Shown here: piece after piece, positions 38,983-52,800 of the stretch
Layout: each line of letters starts with the position of its first letter
How positions within the stretch are numbered: the first letter of the stretch is position 1
Source: Anaeramoeba ignava BMAN
Taxonomy: Eukaryota; Protista; Anaeramoebae
Assembly (NCBI GenBank): GCA_028826165.1
Contig: JAPDFW010000059.1
Location: 930,001 to 994,000 of the forward strand
Reading direction: 5' to 3'
Length of the DNA: 64,000 bases
The notes under the pieces: generated by a model
What the model was told of the DNA's origin: nothing
Seen by the model: the letters and a program-made list of their open reading frames with translations, nothing else
The model's database searches: none
Position numbers and translations under genes: made by a program

Positions 38983-40806
38983 ATGAATGATTGTTTATTT
39001 TTTGGTGAAAATAAAGACACAAAACTTATCAAAAATGAACCAAATATAATAACAAAACCAATTCAACTTAAATTTGAAAATGAAAATGAAAATGAAAATG
39101 AAAATGAAAATGAAAATGAAAATGAAAATGAAAATGAAAAACAAATTAAACAAATTTCATCAGGTTTCTTCTCAACAATTTTCCTTTTTAAAAATGGAAA
39201 AGCAATAGAATATTTAAATGAAAATGATTCAAAACAAAATCCTTCAAAAATCCAAATTGAAGAAAATATTCAAAAAGTAACTGTTGGTTATCGAAATGAA
39301 GCTATTTTAACAATAGAAGGAAATGTATTTGCAAAAGGAAAAGATATTAATCCAAATAATCCAAATGAATTTATCAATGTTTCATCATTAATTGAAGATC
39401 AAAATGATAGAATAATTGAAGATATTATTTCTGGAGCTAATGCAATTTATTTATTAACTTCAAATCAAAATACTTATGGAATTGGTTCAAATTCTAATGG
39501 CCAACTTTGTTTTGATTCTAAAACACTTCCAAAAACAGAAAAACCAATTTTAATGATGAAAAATGTTTCTAAAATATTTTCAGGAAATTGTTCATTTCAT
39601 GTTTTTCTTTTAAATTCAAATCAAGAATTATTTGGATATGGAGATAATATATTTGGCCAACTTGGATTAGGAGAATCAAGAAGAGAAGTAAAAATCCAAA
39701 AATTAACCAAAATCCAAAATATTCCAAAAGGTAAAATAATTGATATCAAATATGGATATGTTCATTCAATAATGTTGATTGAAAATGAAAATGAAAATCC
39801 AAAAAGAAAACTTTACTCATGTGGATATTGGAAGTATAATGGACTTGGCAAAGAAGATGAAGATGAAAATACTTATGAATTTACTGAAATCAAATCATCT
39901 TTATTTGAAAATGATGATAATATTCTTGATTTTTCTGTTGGAGATAATCATACTTTGATTTTAACTTCTAATTCAAAATTAATAGGATTTGGGTATAATG
40001 AATATGGTCAATTAGGAACTGGAGATACAAATAATCAATTAATTCCAATTCAAATTGAACTTCCTAAATTAAGATTTAATGGAAATATTTCTAATTATCA
40101 TATTTCTTGTGGATATTTCAAATCATTTCTTTATTATTCTCCTTTTTTTTCCAATCTTGAAGAAGATTTGATAAAGCTATTTAGAAGAAAAGAATTTTGT
40201 AATATTTCATTTAAAACAGAAAATGGAGAAATAATTGAAGCTCATAAATTAATATTGAAATATAGATTAAATCAAAATCAAAATCAAAATGAAATTGAAA
40301 AACTTCAAGAAATTATTTCAAATAAATCAATTAAAGAATCAAATCAAATATTTGAAATGATTTATTCAAACATAATAATAAATCCAAAATTATATTATGA
40401 AATTAAAGAAATTATAAATTCCAATGAAAAAATTGAAGAAACAATGAAAAGAATTTATTTAAATGAAAATGAAAACGAAAATGAAAAAGATTTTATTATT
40501 GAAAGAAAAGAAAAACAATATAAATTTCCCAAATTAATATTAATAATGAGAAGTGAATTATATCGAGGAATGTTTTTATCTGTAACAAATGATACTTCTA
40601 ATAAAGTTACAGATTATAGTGAATTAAGTAATAAATCATTTCAAATATTTGAATATTGGATTTATTCAAATCAAATTAAAGATGAAATTCAAATTACACA
40701 AGAAATAATTAATGAAATTCAAATAGGAATTGATTATTTTCAATTAAATCAAACAAATCCAAATTTATTTGATTTATTAATTAATAAATTTAATAATCAA
40801 AATTAA
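38983..40806 (+). CDS. RCC1-BTB protein, copy C (intact, 607 aa)
   Basis: RCC1-like repeats followed by BTB-like segments (EAHKLILKYR; FPKLILIMRSELYRGMF...YWIYS). Confidence 0.92.
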   Translation: MNDCLFFGENKDTKLIKNEPNIITKPIQLKFENENENENENENENENENENEKQIKQISSGFFSTIFLFKNGKAIEYLNENDSKQNPSKIQIEENIQKVTVGYRNEAILTIEGNVFAKGKDINPNNPNEFINVSSLIEDQNDRIIEDIISGANAIYLLTSNQNTYGIGSNSNGQLCFDSKTLPKTEKPILMMKNVSKIFSGNCSFHVFLLNSNQELFGYGDNIFGQLGLGESRREVKIQKLTKIQNIPKGKIIDIKYGYVHSIMLIENENENPKRKLYSCGYWKYNGLGKEDEDENTYEFTEIKSSLFENDDNILDFSVGDNHTLILTSNSKLIGFGYNEYGQLGTGDTNNQLIPIQIELPKLRFNGNISNYHISCGYFKSFLYYSPFFSNLEEDLIKLFRRKEFCNISFKTENGEIIEAHKLILKYRLNQNQNQNEIEKLQEIISNKSIKESNQIFEMIYSNIIINPKLYYEIKEIINSNEKIEETMKRIYLNENENENEKDFIIERKEKQYKFPKLILIMRSELYRGMFLSVTNDTSNKVTDYSELSNKSFQIFEYWIYSNQIKDEIQITQEIINEIQIGIDYFQLNQTNPNLFDLLINKFNNQN

Positions 40807-41537
40807 TAAAAAAAATGGGAATAGATTTAATTTAATATTTAATTTATAAATTAATTTAAAAATATAATTTAATATTTAATTTTATTATTAAAATAATAAT
40901 TTATTGTTTTAGATTTAAATATTTTATTATTTAAATATTTAACATATAAATATAAAAAATGAGAATAGGTTTAATTTAATATTTAATTTATAAATTAATT
41001 TAAAAATATAATTTAATATTTAATTCTATGTTTAAAATAATAATTTAATGTTTTAGATTTAAATATTTTATTATTTAAAAATATTTTGAAAATTGATTTT
41101 TTTGAAATTAAAATTTTATCTTTTTTTTTGAATTAAATTGAATTAATATTAATTTGGAAATTTGTTTTAAAATTTAAATTTATTAATAATTTTTAAATTC
41201 CAAAAAAAAAAATTAAATTAAAAATTAAATTAAAATAATTTTCCTTTTTTTTTAATAAAAAAATTAATAAAAAATAATAATTTATTAATAAATTAATTTA
41301 AAATAATAAATTAAAAAGAAAATTAAATTAATTATTAATTTAAATTTATTCTCATTTTTTATATTTTTATTTATTTTCAAAATCCACTTTTTTTTATTTA
41401 TTTTTTTTGCCTTCCTTTATTCATTTTTTTTTGCCTTCCTTTATTCATTTTTTTTATTTAATTTTTTTTTTCATTTTTTCCTTTTTTTTTAATAAACAAA
41501 AAACACAAAACACAAAAACAAAAAACAACAAAACAAA

Positions 41538-43347
41538 ATGGATAATAATAACAATAATAATAATAACCAAATTCAAAATGCAAATCAAAATGAAAATGAA
41601 AATGAAATGAAAAATTTAGAAAAAAAAGTAACAAAAAATTTAATTAAAAATTATTCAAACCTTTTAAATGGAAATTCATTTAAAGATTTTTCAATTTTTG
41701 TTGAGAAAGAACCAAATACTTTTGAAATTAAAGTTCATAAATCAATTTTATCTTCAAGATCTCCTTTTTTTAATGAGTTTTTAAGAGATAGAGATCAGAT
41801 TAATAAGATTTTTTTAAAACAATTTAATAAAAGAGAAATGGAATCAATTTTGAGTTATATTTATTATGGAAATATTTCTTTTGAGAATCAAGAAAATCTT
41901 ATTCAATTATTAGAAATTTCAATTTATTTTAAATTAAATTTATTGAAAGAAATTATTCAAAAAAAAATTTCAAATTCAATTAATTATTCAAATTTTTTCC
42001 AATTTTTATTCCAAAATCGAAATTTAAAATCAAATGAAATTGAAATAAAATGTTTTGAATTAATAAATCAAAATTTTTCCCAAATTCAAAATAATGAAAA
42101 TTTATTCAATTTAACTAAAGAAGAAATTATCAAATTTATTCAATTTAAACAAGAAAAAAAAGAAATTTTTCAATTTGATTTTTTTCAATTTTTAAATAAT
42201 TGGATTGAAAAAAGAATTAAATCATTAAAATTAAGGAAATATAAACACAAAATGAATGCAAAGAAAAGATTATTTCATTCTTTTTTTTCATTATTTGATA
42301 AAGATTCAATTTCAAAACAAGATTTTGATAAATTAAAACAATTTGAGATTTTTCTTCCAAATTATTTTTTAGTTGATATTCAAAACAAAGTTATTCAAGA
42401 TAATCAAAAAGAAATTGAAAATAAAGAGAAGGAAATTGAAGAGAAATTGAAGAAAGAAATTGAAGAGAAATGGAAACAAATTGAAGAGAAAAACAAGGAG
42501 ATTGAAGAGAAATTGAAAAGAAGTTGAGAATAAAGAGAAGCAAAATCAACAAATGAAAATTGAAATTGAAGAGAAATGGAAGAAAGAAATTGAAGATAAA
42601 TTGAAGAAACAAATTGAAGATAAAAACAAGGAGATTGAAGAGAAATTGAAGAAAGAAGTTGAAGAGAAATTGAACCAAGAGAAAGATAATCAAGATTTCC
42701 AAAATGAAAATGAGAAAATGAAACCAATTTTTGATAAATTATTCACTAAATATCAAAAGAGAATTGAATTGAAAAAGAAATTGGAACCAATCAGAAAGAA
42801 TTTTCTTCAATTTTCAGAAATTGTTAAAGATATTGAATATGTTAAGAAATTACAAAAATGGATAAATGATAATTATTTTTTTTCTAAAATGAAAAAAGGA
42901 TTTTCAGCAAAAAGAGATGGATTTTCTTCTCAAAATTGGCATTCAAAAGTTGATAATAAAGGAAAAACATTAGTTATTATCAAAACAAAAGATAATTTTA
43001 TTTTTGGAGGTTTTACTCAAGTTGGATTTAATGGAAATACAGGAGAATGGATTAATGATTCAAGTGCATTTATTTTTTCATTAAGAAATGATAAAGGAGA
43101 TAGAATACCTGCAAAGTTTACAATTAAAATACCTCAATATGCAATTTATTCAAAATCAAGTTATGGTCCATTATTTGGTGATAATGATTTTGAATTAAAT
43201 TCTAATTTACAACCTGGTTATTCAAATTTTGGTAGAAGTTATAATCTACCTGATGGAATTACTTATGATACAAATGAAGCTAAAAGTTATTTAGCTGGTT
43301 CTTATAATAAATGGGTTGTTGATGAAGTTGAAACTTATTTCATTTAA
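41538..43347 (+). CDS. BTB - coiled coil - TLDc protein, copy 4 (frameshift near 42518 in the KE repeat)
   Basis: Two consecutive ORFs collinear with 15321-17093. Confidence 0.85.
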
Positions 43348-44149
43348 AAAATTAATTAATAATAAGAAAATCAAACTTTTTTTTTTTTAATTTTTTTTTT
43401 TCAAAATTTAATTCAATTTTAATTTACTTTTAATCAAATTAATTTCTTTAAAATAATAAATAAGAAACAAATTTAATTTTAAATAATTTAATTTTAATTT
43501 AAAATATTTATTAAAAATTTAATTAATAAAAATAATCCAAAAAAAAAAATAATAAATTTTAAAAATTGAATATTTTTAATATAATAAATAAAAATAAAAA
43601 TTGAAAATAGAAATTAATAATAATTAAATTTAAATTCATTAATTAAAATATTAAAATAAAAAAAATCAAATAAAATTTATTATTAATTAATATTTAAATA
43701 TTAATAAATTATAATCAAAATCAAAAATAGAATAATTAATAAATTATTTTTTTAGAAAGTTTATCTTATTCAATCATGTTAAATTCAATTTATTTAAAAT
43801 TTTTAATTTTTAATTTTATTTTTAATATATTTTATTATAATTAAAATTGGAATAATAAATAATTAAAAATATTAATATAATAAATAAAAATATTAAATTA
43901 AATTAAAATAAAAATAAATTTAAATTAAATTATTATTAAATATTATTAAAATTAAATATTTATCTTTATTAAAATATTTATTCCACTTTTTTTAATATAT
44001 TTTATTATAATTAAAATTGAAATAATAAATAAATAAAAATATTAATATAATAAATAAAAATATTATATTAAATTAAATTAAAATAAATTTAAATTAAATT
44101 ATTATTAAATATTATTAAAATTAAATATATATCTTTATTAAAATATTTC

Positions 44150-44442
44150 AATTTTCTTTTCAATTTTATTAAATTATTGGGAATAATTTTATATTATCTT
44201 AAATAAAGAAATATTAATAAAATATATAAAATATAATTAATTTTAAATTTAGTTATTTAATATTCTTTATTCCATTTTTGAAATAAAATACTTCAATTTT
44301 CTTTTCAATTTTATTAAAATATTGGGAATAATTTTATATTATTTAAAATAAAGAAATATTAATAAAATATATAAAATATAATTAATTTTAAATTTAGTTA
44401 TTTAATATTCTTTATTCCATTTTTGAAATAAATTAATTAAAA
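44150..44442. repeat. Two diverged units of satellite family B in reverse orientation
   Basis: AAATAAAGAAATATTAATAAAATATATAAA...TTTTAAATTTAGTTATTTAAT is the reverse complement of the family B unit; period about 146 bp. Confidence 0.7.
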
Positions 44443-44760
44443 GATTTTATAATTGAAAGAAAAGAAAAACAATATAAATTTCCTAAATTAATATTAATAA
44501 TGAGAAGTGAATTATATCGAGGAATGTTTTTATCTGTAACAGATGATACTTCTAATAAAGTTACAGATTATAGTGAATTAAGTAATAAATCATTTCAAAT
44601 ATTTGAATATTGGATTTATTCAAATCAAATTAAAGATGAAACTAAAATTACACAAGAAATAATTAATGAAATTGAAATTGGAATTGATTATTTTCAATTA
44701 AATCAAACAAATCCAAATTTATTTGATTTATTAATTAATAAATTTAATAATCAAAATTAA
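44443..44760 (+). pseudogene. 5'-truncated RCC1-BTB fragment (last BTB segment only)
   Basis: Begins abruptly at KDFIIERKEKQY directly after satellite B; almost identical to the 3' ends of the full copies. Confidence 0.85.
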
Positions 44761-44829
44761 AATTAAAATTAAAATCAAAAATTAAAATAAAATTCCAAAA
44801 TCATTTTTTTCATTTTTTTCTTTTCAAAA

Positions 44830-46583
44830 ATGAATGAAATTATATTTTTTGGTAAAAATAAAGAACCAAAACTTATCGAAAATGAACCAGATTCAATAAC
44901 AAAACCAATTCAATTTGAATTTGAAAATGAAAATGAAAATGAAAAACAAATTAAACAAATTTCATCATCAAGATTTTCAACAATTCTCCTTTTCGAAAAT
45001 GGAAAAGCAATAGAATATTTAACTGAAAATGATTCAAAACAAAATCCTTCAAAAATCCAAATTGAAGAAAATATTCAAAAAGTAACTGTTGGTTATCGAA
45101 ATGAGACTATTTTAACAATAGAAGGAAATGTATTTGCCAAAGGAAATGATATTAATCCAAATAATCAAATGAATTTATCAATGTTTCATCATTAATTGAA
45201 GATACAAATGATAGAGTAATTGAAGATATTGTTTCTGGAAGATATGCAATTTACTTATTAACTTCAAATCATAATGTTTATGGAATTGGTTCAAATCAAC
45301 ATGGTCAACTTGGTTTTGATTCTAAAACACTTCCAAAAACAGAAAAACCAATTTTAATGATGAAAAATGTTTCTAAAATATTTTCAGGAAATTCTTCAAA
45401 TCATGTTTTTCTTTTAAATTCAAAACAAAAATTATTTGGATGCGGAGATAATTATTGGGGCCAAGTTGGATTAGGAGAATCAAGAAAAGGAGCAAAAATC
45501 AATAAATTAACCAAAATCCAAAAGATTCCAAAAGGCAAAATAATTAATATTCAATCTGGATATGTTCATTCAATAATGTTGATTGAAAATGAAAATGAAA
45601 ATGAAAATCCAAAAAGAAAACTTTATTCATGTGGATATTGGCAAAGAAATGGACTTGGTAAAGAAGATGAAAATACTTATGAATTTACTGAACTGAAATC
45701 ATCTTTATTTGAAAATGATATTATTGATTTTTCTGTTGGAATTAACCATACTTTGATTTTAACTTCTAATGGGAAATTGATTTCATTTGGATACAATAAC
45801 TATGGTGAATTGGGAATTGAAGATGCAAAATCTCAAGCAATTCCAATTCAAATTGAAATTCCTGAATTAAGATTTAATGAATATATTTCCAATTATCATG
45901 TTTATTGTGGATATCTCAATTCATTTCTTTATTATTCTCCTCCTTCTTTTTCCAATCTTGAAGAAGATTTGATAAAATTATTTCGAAGAAAAGAATTTTG
46001 TGATATTTCATTTAAAACCAAAAATGGAGAAATAATATCAGCTCATAAATTAATATTGAAATATAGATTAAATCAAAATCAAATTGAAAAACTTAAAGAA
46101 ATTATTTCAAAAAAATCAATTAAAGAATCAAATCAAATATTTGAAATGATTTATTCAAACATAATAATAAATCCAAAATTATATTATGAAATTAAAGAAA
46201 TTATAAATTCAAATGAAAAAATTGAAGAAACAATGAAAAGAATTTATTTAAATGAAAATGAAAAAGATTTTATAATTGAAAGAAATGAAAAACAATATAA
46301 ATTTCCTAAATTAATATTAATAATGAGAAGTGAATTATATCGAGGAATGTTTTTATCTGTAACAGAAGATAAATCTAATAAAGTTACAGATTATAGTGAA
46401 TTAAGTAATGAATCGTTTCAAATATTTGAATATTGGATTTATTCAAATCAAATTAAAGATGATATTAAAATTACAAAAAAAATAATTAATGAAATTCAAA
46501 TAGGAATTGATTATTTTCAATTAAATCAAACAAATCCAAATTTATTTGATTTATTAATTAAAAAATTTAATAATAAAAAATAA
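44830..46583 (+). CDS. RCC1-BTB protein, copy D (-1 frameshift near 45166)
   Basis: Collinear with copy C; AATCCAAAT appears as AATCAAAT. Confidence 0.85.
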
Positions 46584-47200
46584 ATTAAAATTAAATTTAA
46601 AATTAAAATTAAAATCAAAATTAAAATTAAAATTAAAATTAAAATCAAAAATTAAAATTAAAATCAAAATTAAAAATTAAAATTAAAAAAAATTAAAATT
46701 AAAATCAAAAATCAAAATCAAAATTAAAAATTAAAATTAAAATTTAAAATTTAAAATTAAAAATCAAAAATTTATAATTAAAATTAAAATTAAAATCAAA
46801 ATTAAAAATTAAAATTAAAAATTAAAATTAAAATTAAAAATTAAAATTAAAATTAAAAATTTAAAATTTAAAATTAAAATTAAAATTAAAATTAAAATTA
46901 AAATTAAAATTATTAAAATCAAAATTTAATTCAAAATTAAAATCAAAATCAAAATTAAAATTTAAAATCAAAATCAAAATTAAAAATTAAAATTAAAATC
47001 AAAATTAAAATTAAAATTAAAATTAAAATTAAAATCAAAATCAAAATTAAAATTAAAATTAAAATTAAAATTAAAATTAAATTTAAAATTAAAAATAAAA
47101 TCAAAATTAAAATTAAAATTAAAATTAAATTTAATATTAAAATCAAAATCAAAATCAAAATCAAAATTAAAATTAAAATTAAAATTAAAATTAAAAATAA
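46584..47200. repeat. (AAAATT/AAAATC)n hexamer tract
   Basis: Directly visible. Confidence 0.9.
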
Positions 47201-47259
47201 AAATCGGAAAAATTTTTTTTTCATTTTTTTTCTTTTCATTTTTTTTTTAAAAAATTAAA

Positions 47260-47502
47260 ATGGTTCGTTATACAAAAGGTCTTCTTTTAGAATGTGATCC
47301 AACAATTAAAAAATATATAACTAAATTAAATGAAGAATCACAAGAAAAATTTATAATACATGATTTAGGACCAACATTACTTTTAATAAATCCATCAGCA
47401 AAAGAAATGATACAAAGAAAAGTTGATCAATTACACGATACAAACACATATACAAAATTAGAAGAAATGGAGAAGAAAATTTCAAAAGGAAATTTGAAAT
47501 AA
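47260..47502 (+). CDS. TFB5: TFIIH subunit Tfb5/TTDA (GTF2H5)
   Basis: MV...KGLLLECDPTIK...L.E...KFIIHDL...LLI signature, 80 aa. Confidence 0.92.
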   Translation: MVRYTKGLLLECDPTIKKYITKLNEESQEKFIIHDLGPTLLLINPSAKEMIQRKVDQLHDTNTYTKLEEMEKKISKGNLK

Positions 47503-47896
47503 TTTTTAAATAAATTTTGAAATGAATTTTTAAATAAATTTTAAATAAAAATTTTAAATGAATTTTAAAATGAATTTCTAAATAAATTTCTAAATGAATT
47601 TCTAAATAAAAATTTCAAAAGGAAATTTGAAATAAAAATTTTAAATTAAATTTCTAAATAAATTTCTAAATAAATTTTTAAAATAAATTTTAAATAAATT
47701 TTAAATAATTTTTAAATATAATTTCTAAATAAATTTTTAAATAAAATTTTAATAAATTTTAAATAAATTCTAAATAAAATTCTAAATAAAATTCTAAATA
47801 AAATTTCTAAATAAATTTCTAAATAAATTTTAAATAAATTTTAAAAGGAAATTTTTTTATTTTCAAAATTTTTTTTTCATTTTTCTTTTTTCTAAA

Positions 47897-49225
47897 ATGC
47901 AACAAAAATTCAAAATTCAATTAGAAAATCAAAAAAATCAAAACAGCCAATTAACAGATAATGGTATTTTACTTCATTTTCCAAGCGGACCACCACCACA
48001 TGAAGCATTATTTCCTGAAAATAGCGAAGGAACAAAAATCAACATATTAGCAAATAAGCTTCCAAGAAAAAAAGGACAACTGATAGTGCATGTGAACTCG
48101 CCAAGCATAGAATACACGGGAACAAATTACGGACTGGAAAAAACGCAGCAAACACACAAGTATTTCATAGGCATAGAAACAGAGGGCTCTGAGACACTTA
48201 GGTTGGCCTCAATACCCCATTTTTTTTCGATGAAACAAAACATCAAACGCATGAAGAGATCAACAAACGAAGTTGTCCGAGAATCCACAAACAAAATATT
48301 GCCGATGTTCTTACAAAGAAAGCTCATGATCCAGAATTTCGGAAGCAAGCAAAAGCGGAAGGCGTTGGACGAAAAGGAGAAGAACAAAGTGGAGATCGAA
48401 GACGTGAATGTTGTTCATTCAGTTCAGAAGATTGTGGCGCAAAACTCAGAAATAGTTGCACAGATGACAAAAAAGGAGAAAAAAAAAAATTTTCGAAAAG
48501 ACATCCCTCCATACAATCCGGACGCTACAAAGCCCTCAGCAGTATACCGCTTTAAGGACATGCTCCCCCCAAATATCAGCGATGAGTTTGATGCGGAAAG
48601 TGTCATCAAACTTATTGAAAATGAGAAGGAACATAAATCAATAATCGGAGAAGGAAAATATAATCCTTATTTTCATTCTCGCATCAATAACATGCGATTG
48701 GGGTTCAAAAACTTATCCTCCGCTCACAGACATCTCAACAAGAAATTAAAGTGTCTTCTCTTTATTGACTATCTCTATAAATTCCACAAACTCAATCCCG
48801 TGGATTTGAATAGAAGATCGGAATTAATTCGACAACTTGATACAAAAAATGATAAAATTATTCAACATCTACTTTCTACGTTTTCCGAAGAGCAAAAAAA
48901 GGGCGATAAAGTGCGTTACATTCGCACCGTTTCGTTGAAGCACAAACTCTTATTCTATGTCTGTGTTGCTGCTTTGATTGTCGAGGATTTCGAACTCGAT
49001 CCTCAACCCATTTGTGAATTGTTTCATATTTTAATTGAACGTGGTTTATCCTATTTTAGAAACTTGGGCTGCAGAATCTCCTATATGAATGGCCAGGAAC
49101 AGCAAATTCTTGATCCTGGTGTTGAGCAACCCCGTATTTCTCTTCTTAAACAACCCCGTGTTCAATTGGTTGTTCCTTTAGTTTTCCCGAAACGCTTGAA
49201 AAGAAAAATTGATTTGGACCAATGA
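47897..49225 (+). CDS. RPA49: RNA polymerase I subunit A49 (POLR1E/PAF53)
   Basis: L.QNFGSKQKRKAL, IPPYNPDATKPSAVY.FKDM, YFRNLGC and a C-terminal LVVPL.FP. Confidence 0.85.
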   Translation: MQQKFKIQLENQKNQNSQLTDNGILLHFPSGPPPHEALFPENSEGTKINILANKLPRKKGQLIVHVNSPSIEYTGTNYGLEKTQQTHKYFIGIETEGSETLRLASIPHFFSMKQNIKRMKRSTNEVVRESTNKILPMFLQRKLMIQNFGSKQKRKALDEKEKNKVEIEDVNVVHSVQKIVAQNSEIVAQMTKKEKKKNFRKDIPPYNPDATKPSAVYRFKDMLPPNISDEFDAESVIKLIENEKEHKSIIGEGKYNPYFHSRINNMRLGFKNLSSAHRHLNKKLKCLLFIDYLYKFHKLNPVDLNRRSELIRQLDTKNDKIIQHLLSTFSEEQKKGDKVRYIRTVSLKHKLLFYVCVAALIVEDFELDPQPICELFHILIERGLSYFRNLGCRISYMNGQEQQILDPGVEQPRISLLKQPRVQLVVPLVFPKRLKRKIDLDQ

Positions 49226-49873
49226 TTCCACTTTTCTTTTTTTTTTTTTGCAATTTAAATAGAGCATTTGAAATTAAATGAAATTCAATTTTTATTCCAT
49301 TTTTTATTTTAACATTCAATTTAATATTTATTTTAATATTTAATTTAATTTATTTAATATTTATTTTAATATTTAATTTAATATTTAATATTTAATTTAA
49401 TTTAATATTTATTTTAATATTTATTTTAATATTTAATTAAATATTTATTTTTAATATTTAATTTAATATTTATTTTAATTTTTATTTTTTATTTTTTTTT
49501 TATTTTTATTTTATTTATTTTTTTATTTATTTTTAATTTTTTATTTTTAATATTTTAATATTTTAATTTTAATATTTTAATTTTTTATTTTTAATTTTAT
49601 TTTATTTATTTTTTTAATATTTATTTTAATATTTATTTTTTAATGTTATTTATTTTAATATTTATTTTATTTTTATATTTTAATATTTATTTCAATATTT
49701 ATTTTATATTTTTTTTAATATTTATTTTTAATTTTTAATTTATTTAATTTAATATTTTAATTTATTTTTAATTTTATTTATTTTAATATTTAATTTTTAT
49801 TTTAAAAACATTTTTTTCATTTTTTTCATTTTTTTCCTTTTTTTTCTCTTGTTTAATTTAGTTAAATTTTTAA

Positions 49874-52800
49874 ATGAAAATTCAACTTAAAATAAAAACT
49901 CTTGAAAATTTTTCATTTCAAATCGAAATTGATGATGCTGTAAAATTAAAAATTCTTTTTACAAAGTCTTTTTTTTGGAATAATAATTTTAATAAAAATT
50001 GAAAATTAAAAATTAAATTTAGAACATAATTTCAGAATTAAAAGATAAAATACAAATAAAAATTGGGATGTCAAAAAGCACGCAATGTTTAATTTATCAA
50101 GGAAAAGTATTAAAAGATGATCAACAAATATTTAGTTATTGTAAAAATTAAAATTAAAATTAAAATTAAAATTAAAATTAAAATTAAAATTAAAATTAAA
50201 ATTAAAATTAATTAAAATTAAAAATTAAAATTAAAATTAAAATTAAAATCAAAATCAAAATTAAAATTAAAATTCAAAATCAAAATTAAAATTAAAATTA
50301 AAAATTAAAATTAAAATCAATATTAAAATTAAAATTAAAATCAAAATTAAAATCAAAATTAAAATCAAAATTAGCAATTTCTCAAAATTCAACAATATAT
50401 CTATTAAGACAACAAACACGAAGACACGAAAGAGATTCTCAACGAGATGCACTAATTCAACAAGCACAACAACAAGCAATTCCAATTTCATTATCAAATG
50501 CATTAATGGGAATGCTTCCGAGAACAACATCAACAACATCAACAACATCAACACCAAGAACTACTAATACAATTCGTATTGAACGTGTAATTCGACCACA
50601 ACAACAACAACAAACACAAAATAACCAAATACAATCAAATTCATTAACAAATAATGATCAAAACATATCCAATCAAAGAACAACTTTGCAACAACAATTA
50701 CAACAAACAATATCAATTTCTTTATCTCAAATTGAAAGTGCACTTTCTTATTTTGAAACAAAATATTCCAATAATTTAAATGAAAATTCAAACGAAAATT
50801 CAAATGAAAATTTAAATCAAAATCAAAAATCAAAATTTAAATCAAAATTTAAATGAAAATTTAAATCAAAATCAAAATCAAAATCAAAATCAAAATCAAA
50901 ATCAAAATCAAAATCAAAATTTAAATCAAAATCAAAATCAAAATCAAAATTTAAATCAAAATCAAAATTTAAATCAAAATCAAAACACTGAATCAGAAAA
51001 CCAAATCTTGAGATTAATTAATATCTTAGACAGATTCAAAAAACAACTACCCGCATTAACTCGTCTTCTAAATGAATCCTCTGAATCAATTCACCAACAA
51101 GCACATTCACAAGATAATACCCATTTTTCAAATAGAGAATTCTCAACAATGTTCCGAGAGATCGGACAATCACTCAAATGGTTATCAATTCAGCTCAGAT
51201 CTTTGAATTACAATACATCAACAAATAAGCTCTGGATTGATCCTGAGAGATTTAATTCTCTTGCTTCACGATCAACTAATCGAACTGAAAATCGAGAAAA
51301 TTCTGTCAATCTTCCAGAAGAACTTGGTGCAAATAGTGGAAATAATCAAACAAACATTTTGGATGAAGTACAAAGACAAATTATATCTCAACACAGAGTA
51401 TCCAATCAATTACGAGAAGATCTAAGAATGCGCAGCAACAGAAATGAAAGTCTTAATAACCCGGAAGAAGAAATGACACAATCAGTGGAAATTACAACTA
51501 CAGTTCCTATTGGAGAAGAATTAAACTCAGTTTTAAGAAATGTTATCGAATCAACATCACAGGTTGTTAACAACTTATCAAATACTCGCAATTCACAAAG
51601 ACAGGAAGAAACTAGTGATTCCCAAAATGAAGATTTTTTGCGGCTTCTTTTTAATCTTTTTCAAAATTCAGAAAATCAAAATTTAAATCAAAATCAAAAT
51701 CAAAATTTAAATCAAAATTTAAATCAAAATCAAAATCAAAATCAAAATCAAAATTTAGATCAAGATCAAGATCAAGAAGACAATCATTCGGAACAAAACA
51801 CAGAATCACCATTGCACTCTCAATCTGTATCATTATCTGAGCCTGAAGACTCATTTCAAAGTGATATATCAACAGATAATGATGATTCTAAAAGTGATTC
51901 CTTCCAAAATTCTCAAAATGATGAGCAAGATATCGATTATTCTTACAAATATCGCAGCAAAGAACCAGATATCCAAATCCCTGAGAATCTCCGCAATCTC
52001 GGTGTTGATGAAAATACTGATTTGGATATTTCTTTATCCGAATTTTTACTGAAAAAAAAAATTGATCCAAAAAATACTCAATCATTTGAAAAAATTGATT
52101 TTCTTGTTTTTCTTGCTCAAAATATTTCTTTGCATGACTTGATAATGATAAACTTGCAGAAATGCTCTTCTGTTAATTTTTCTGTGGTTGATTTGATTTC
52201 TTATATTAGAAATATTGTTATTTTTTCTGACAACTCTTCTTCCAAAATTGAGTTTGTTTCAGAAAAAGTCATTCATTTTATCATCCAAAAAATCTCAAAT
52301 TTGGAATCACTATCCAAAATCAAAAAGAAAATTAAACCAGGATTCGATTTTATTGAATACTTTTTATTGATATTTAAAGATTCGTTTGAAAAAATTCTTC
52401 ATTTTTTAACATCAGAAGAAAATTCACAAAATAATTCACCAGAAAATTCTGATGTTTTAAAAGAAATACAAAAAATCATTATGAAGAATTTGCGCGCATT
52501 CTTTGCAATATCCACAAATATGTTCCCTGAATATTCAGATAGTTTCCAGTTGTTGAAAAAATACATCAAACAATTTCAACAATCAATATCATTAGAATTT
52601 GACATTATTGCCGACTCTTTCCTACTTCCACAAATAAATGATATTGAATCAAAAAACAAAAGGCTTTTCAAAAAAGCAGATTATCCTGCGTTATCTTTTG
52701 TGCCTCAAAGCGAGAAAAAAATTTGGAAACAAACTATTTTTCATGATGAAATTAAACAAAAATTTTCTCATCCCCAAATTCTTTTTAGTAATTCCTATCT

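Noticed and set aside
20039-45195. Programmed frameshifting or mass pseudogenisation suggested by split ORFs (near 20042, 22050, 25360, 32266, 42518, 45166)
   Set aside because: Mostly 1-2 base changes in homopolymers or repeats at unrelated positions, also affecting essential TAF5. Sequencing error is the simpler explanation, although some BTB copies could be true pseudogenes
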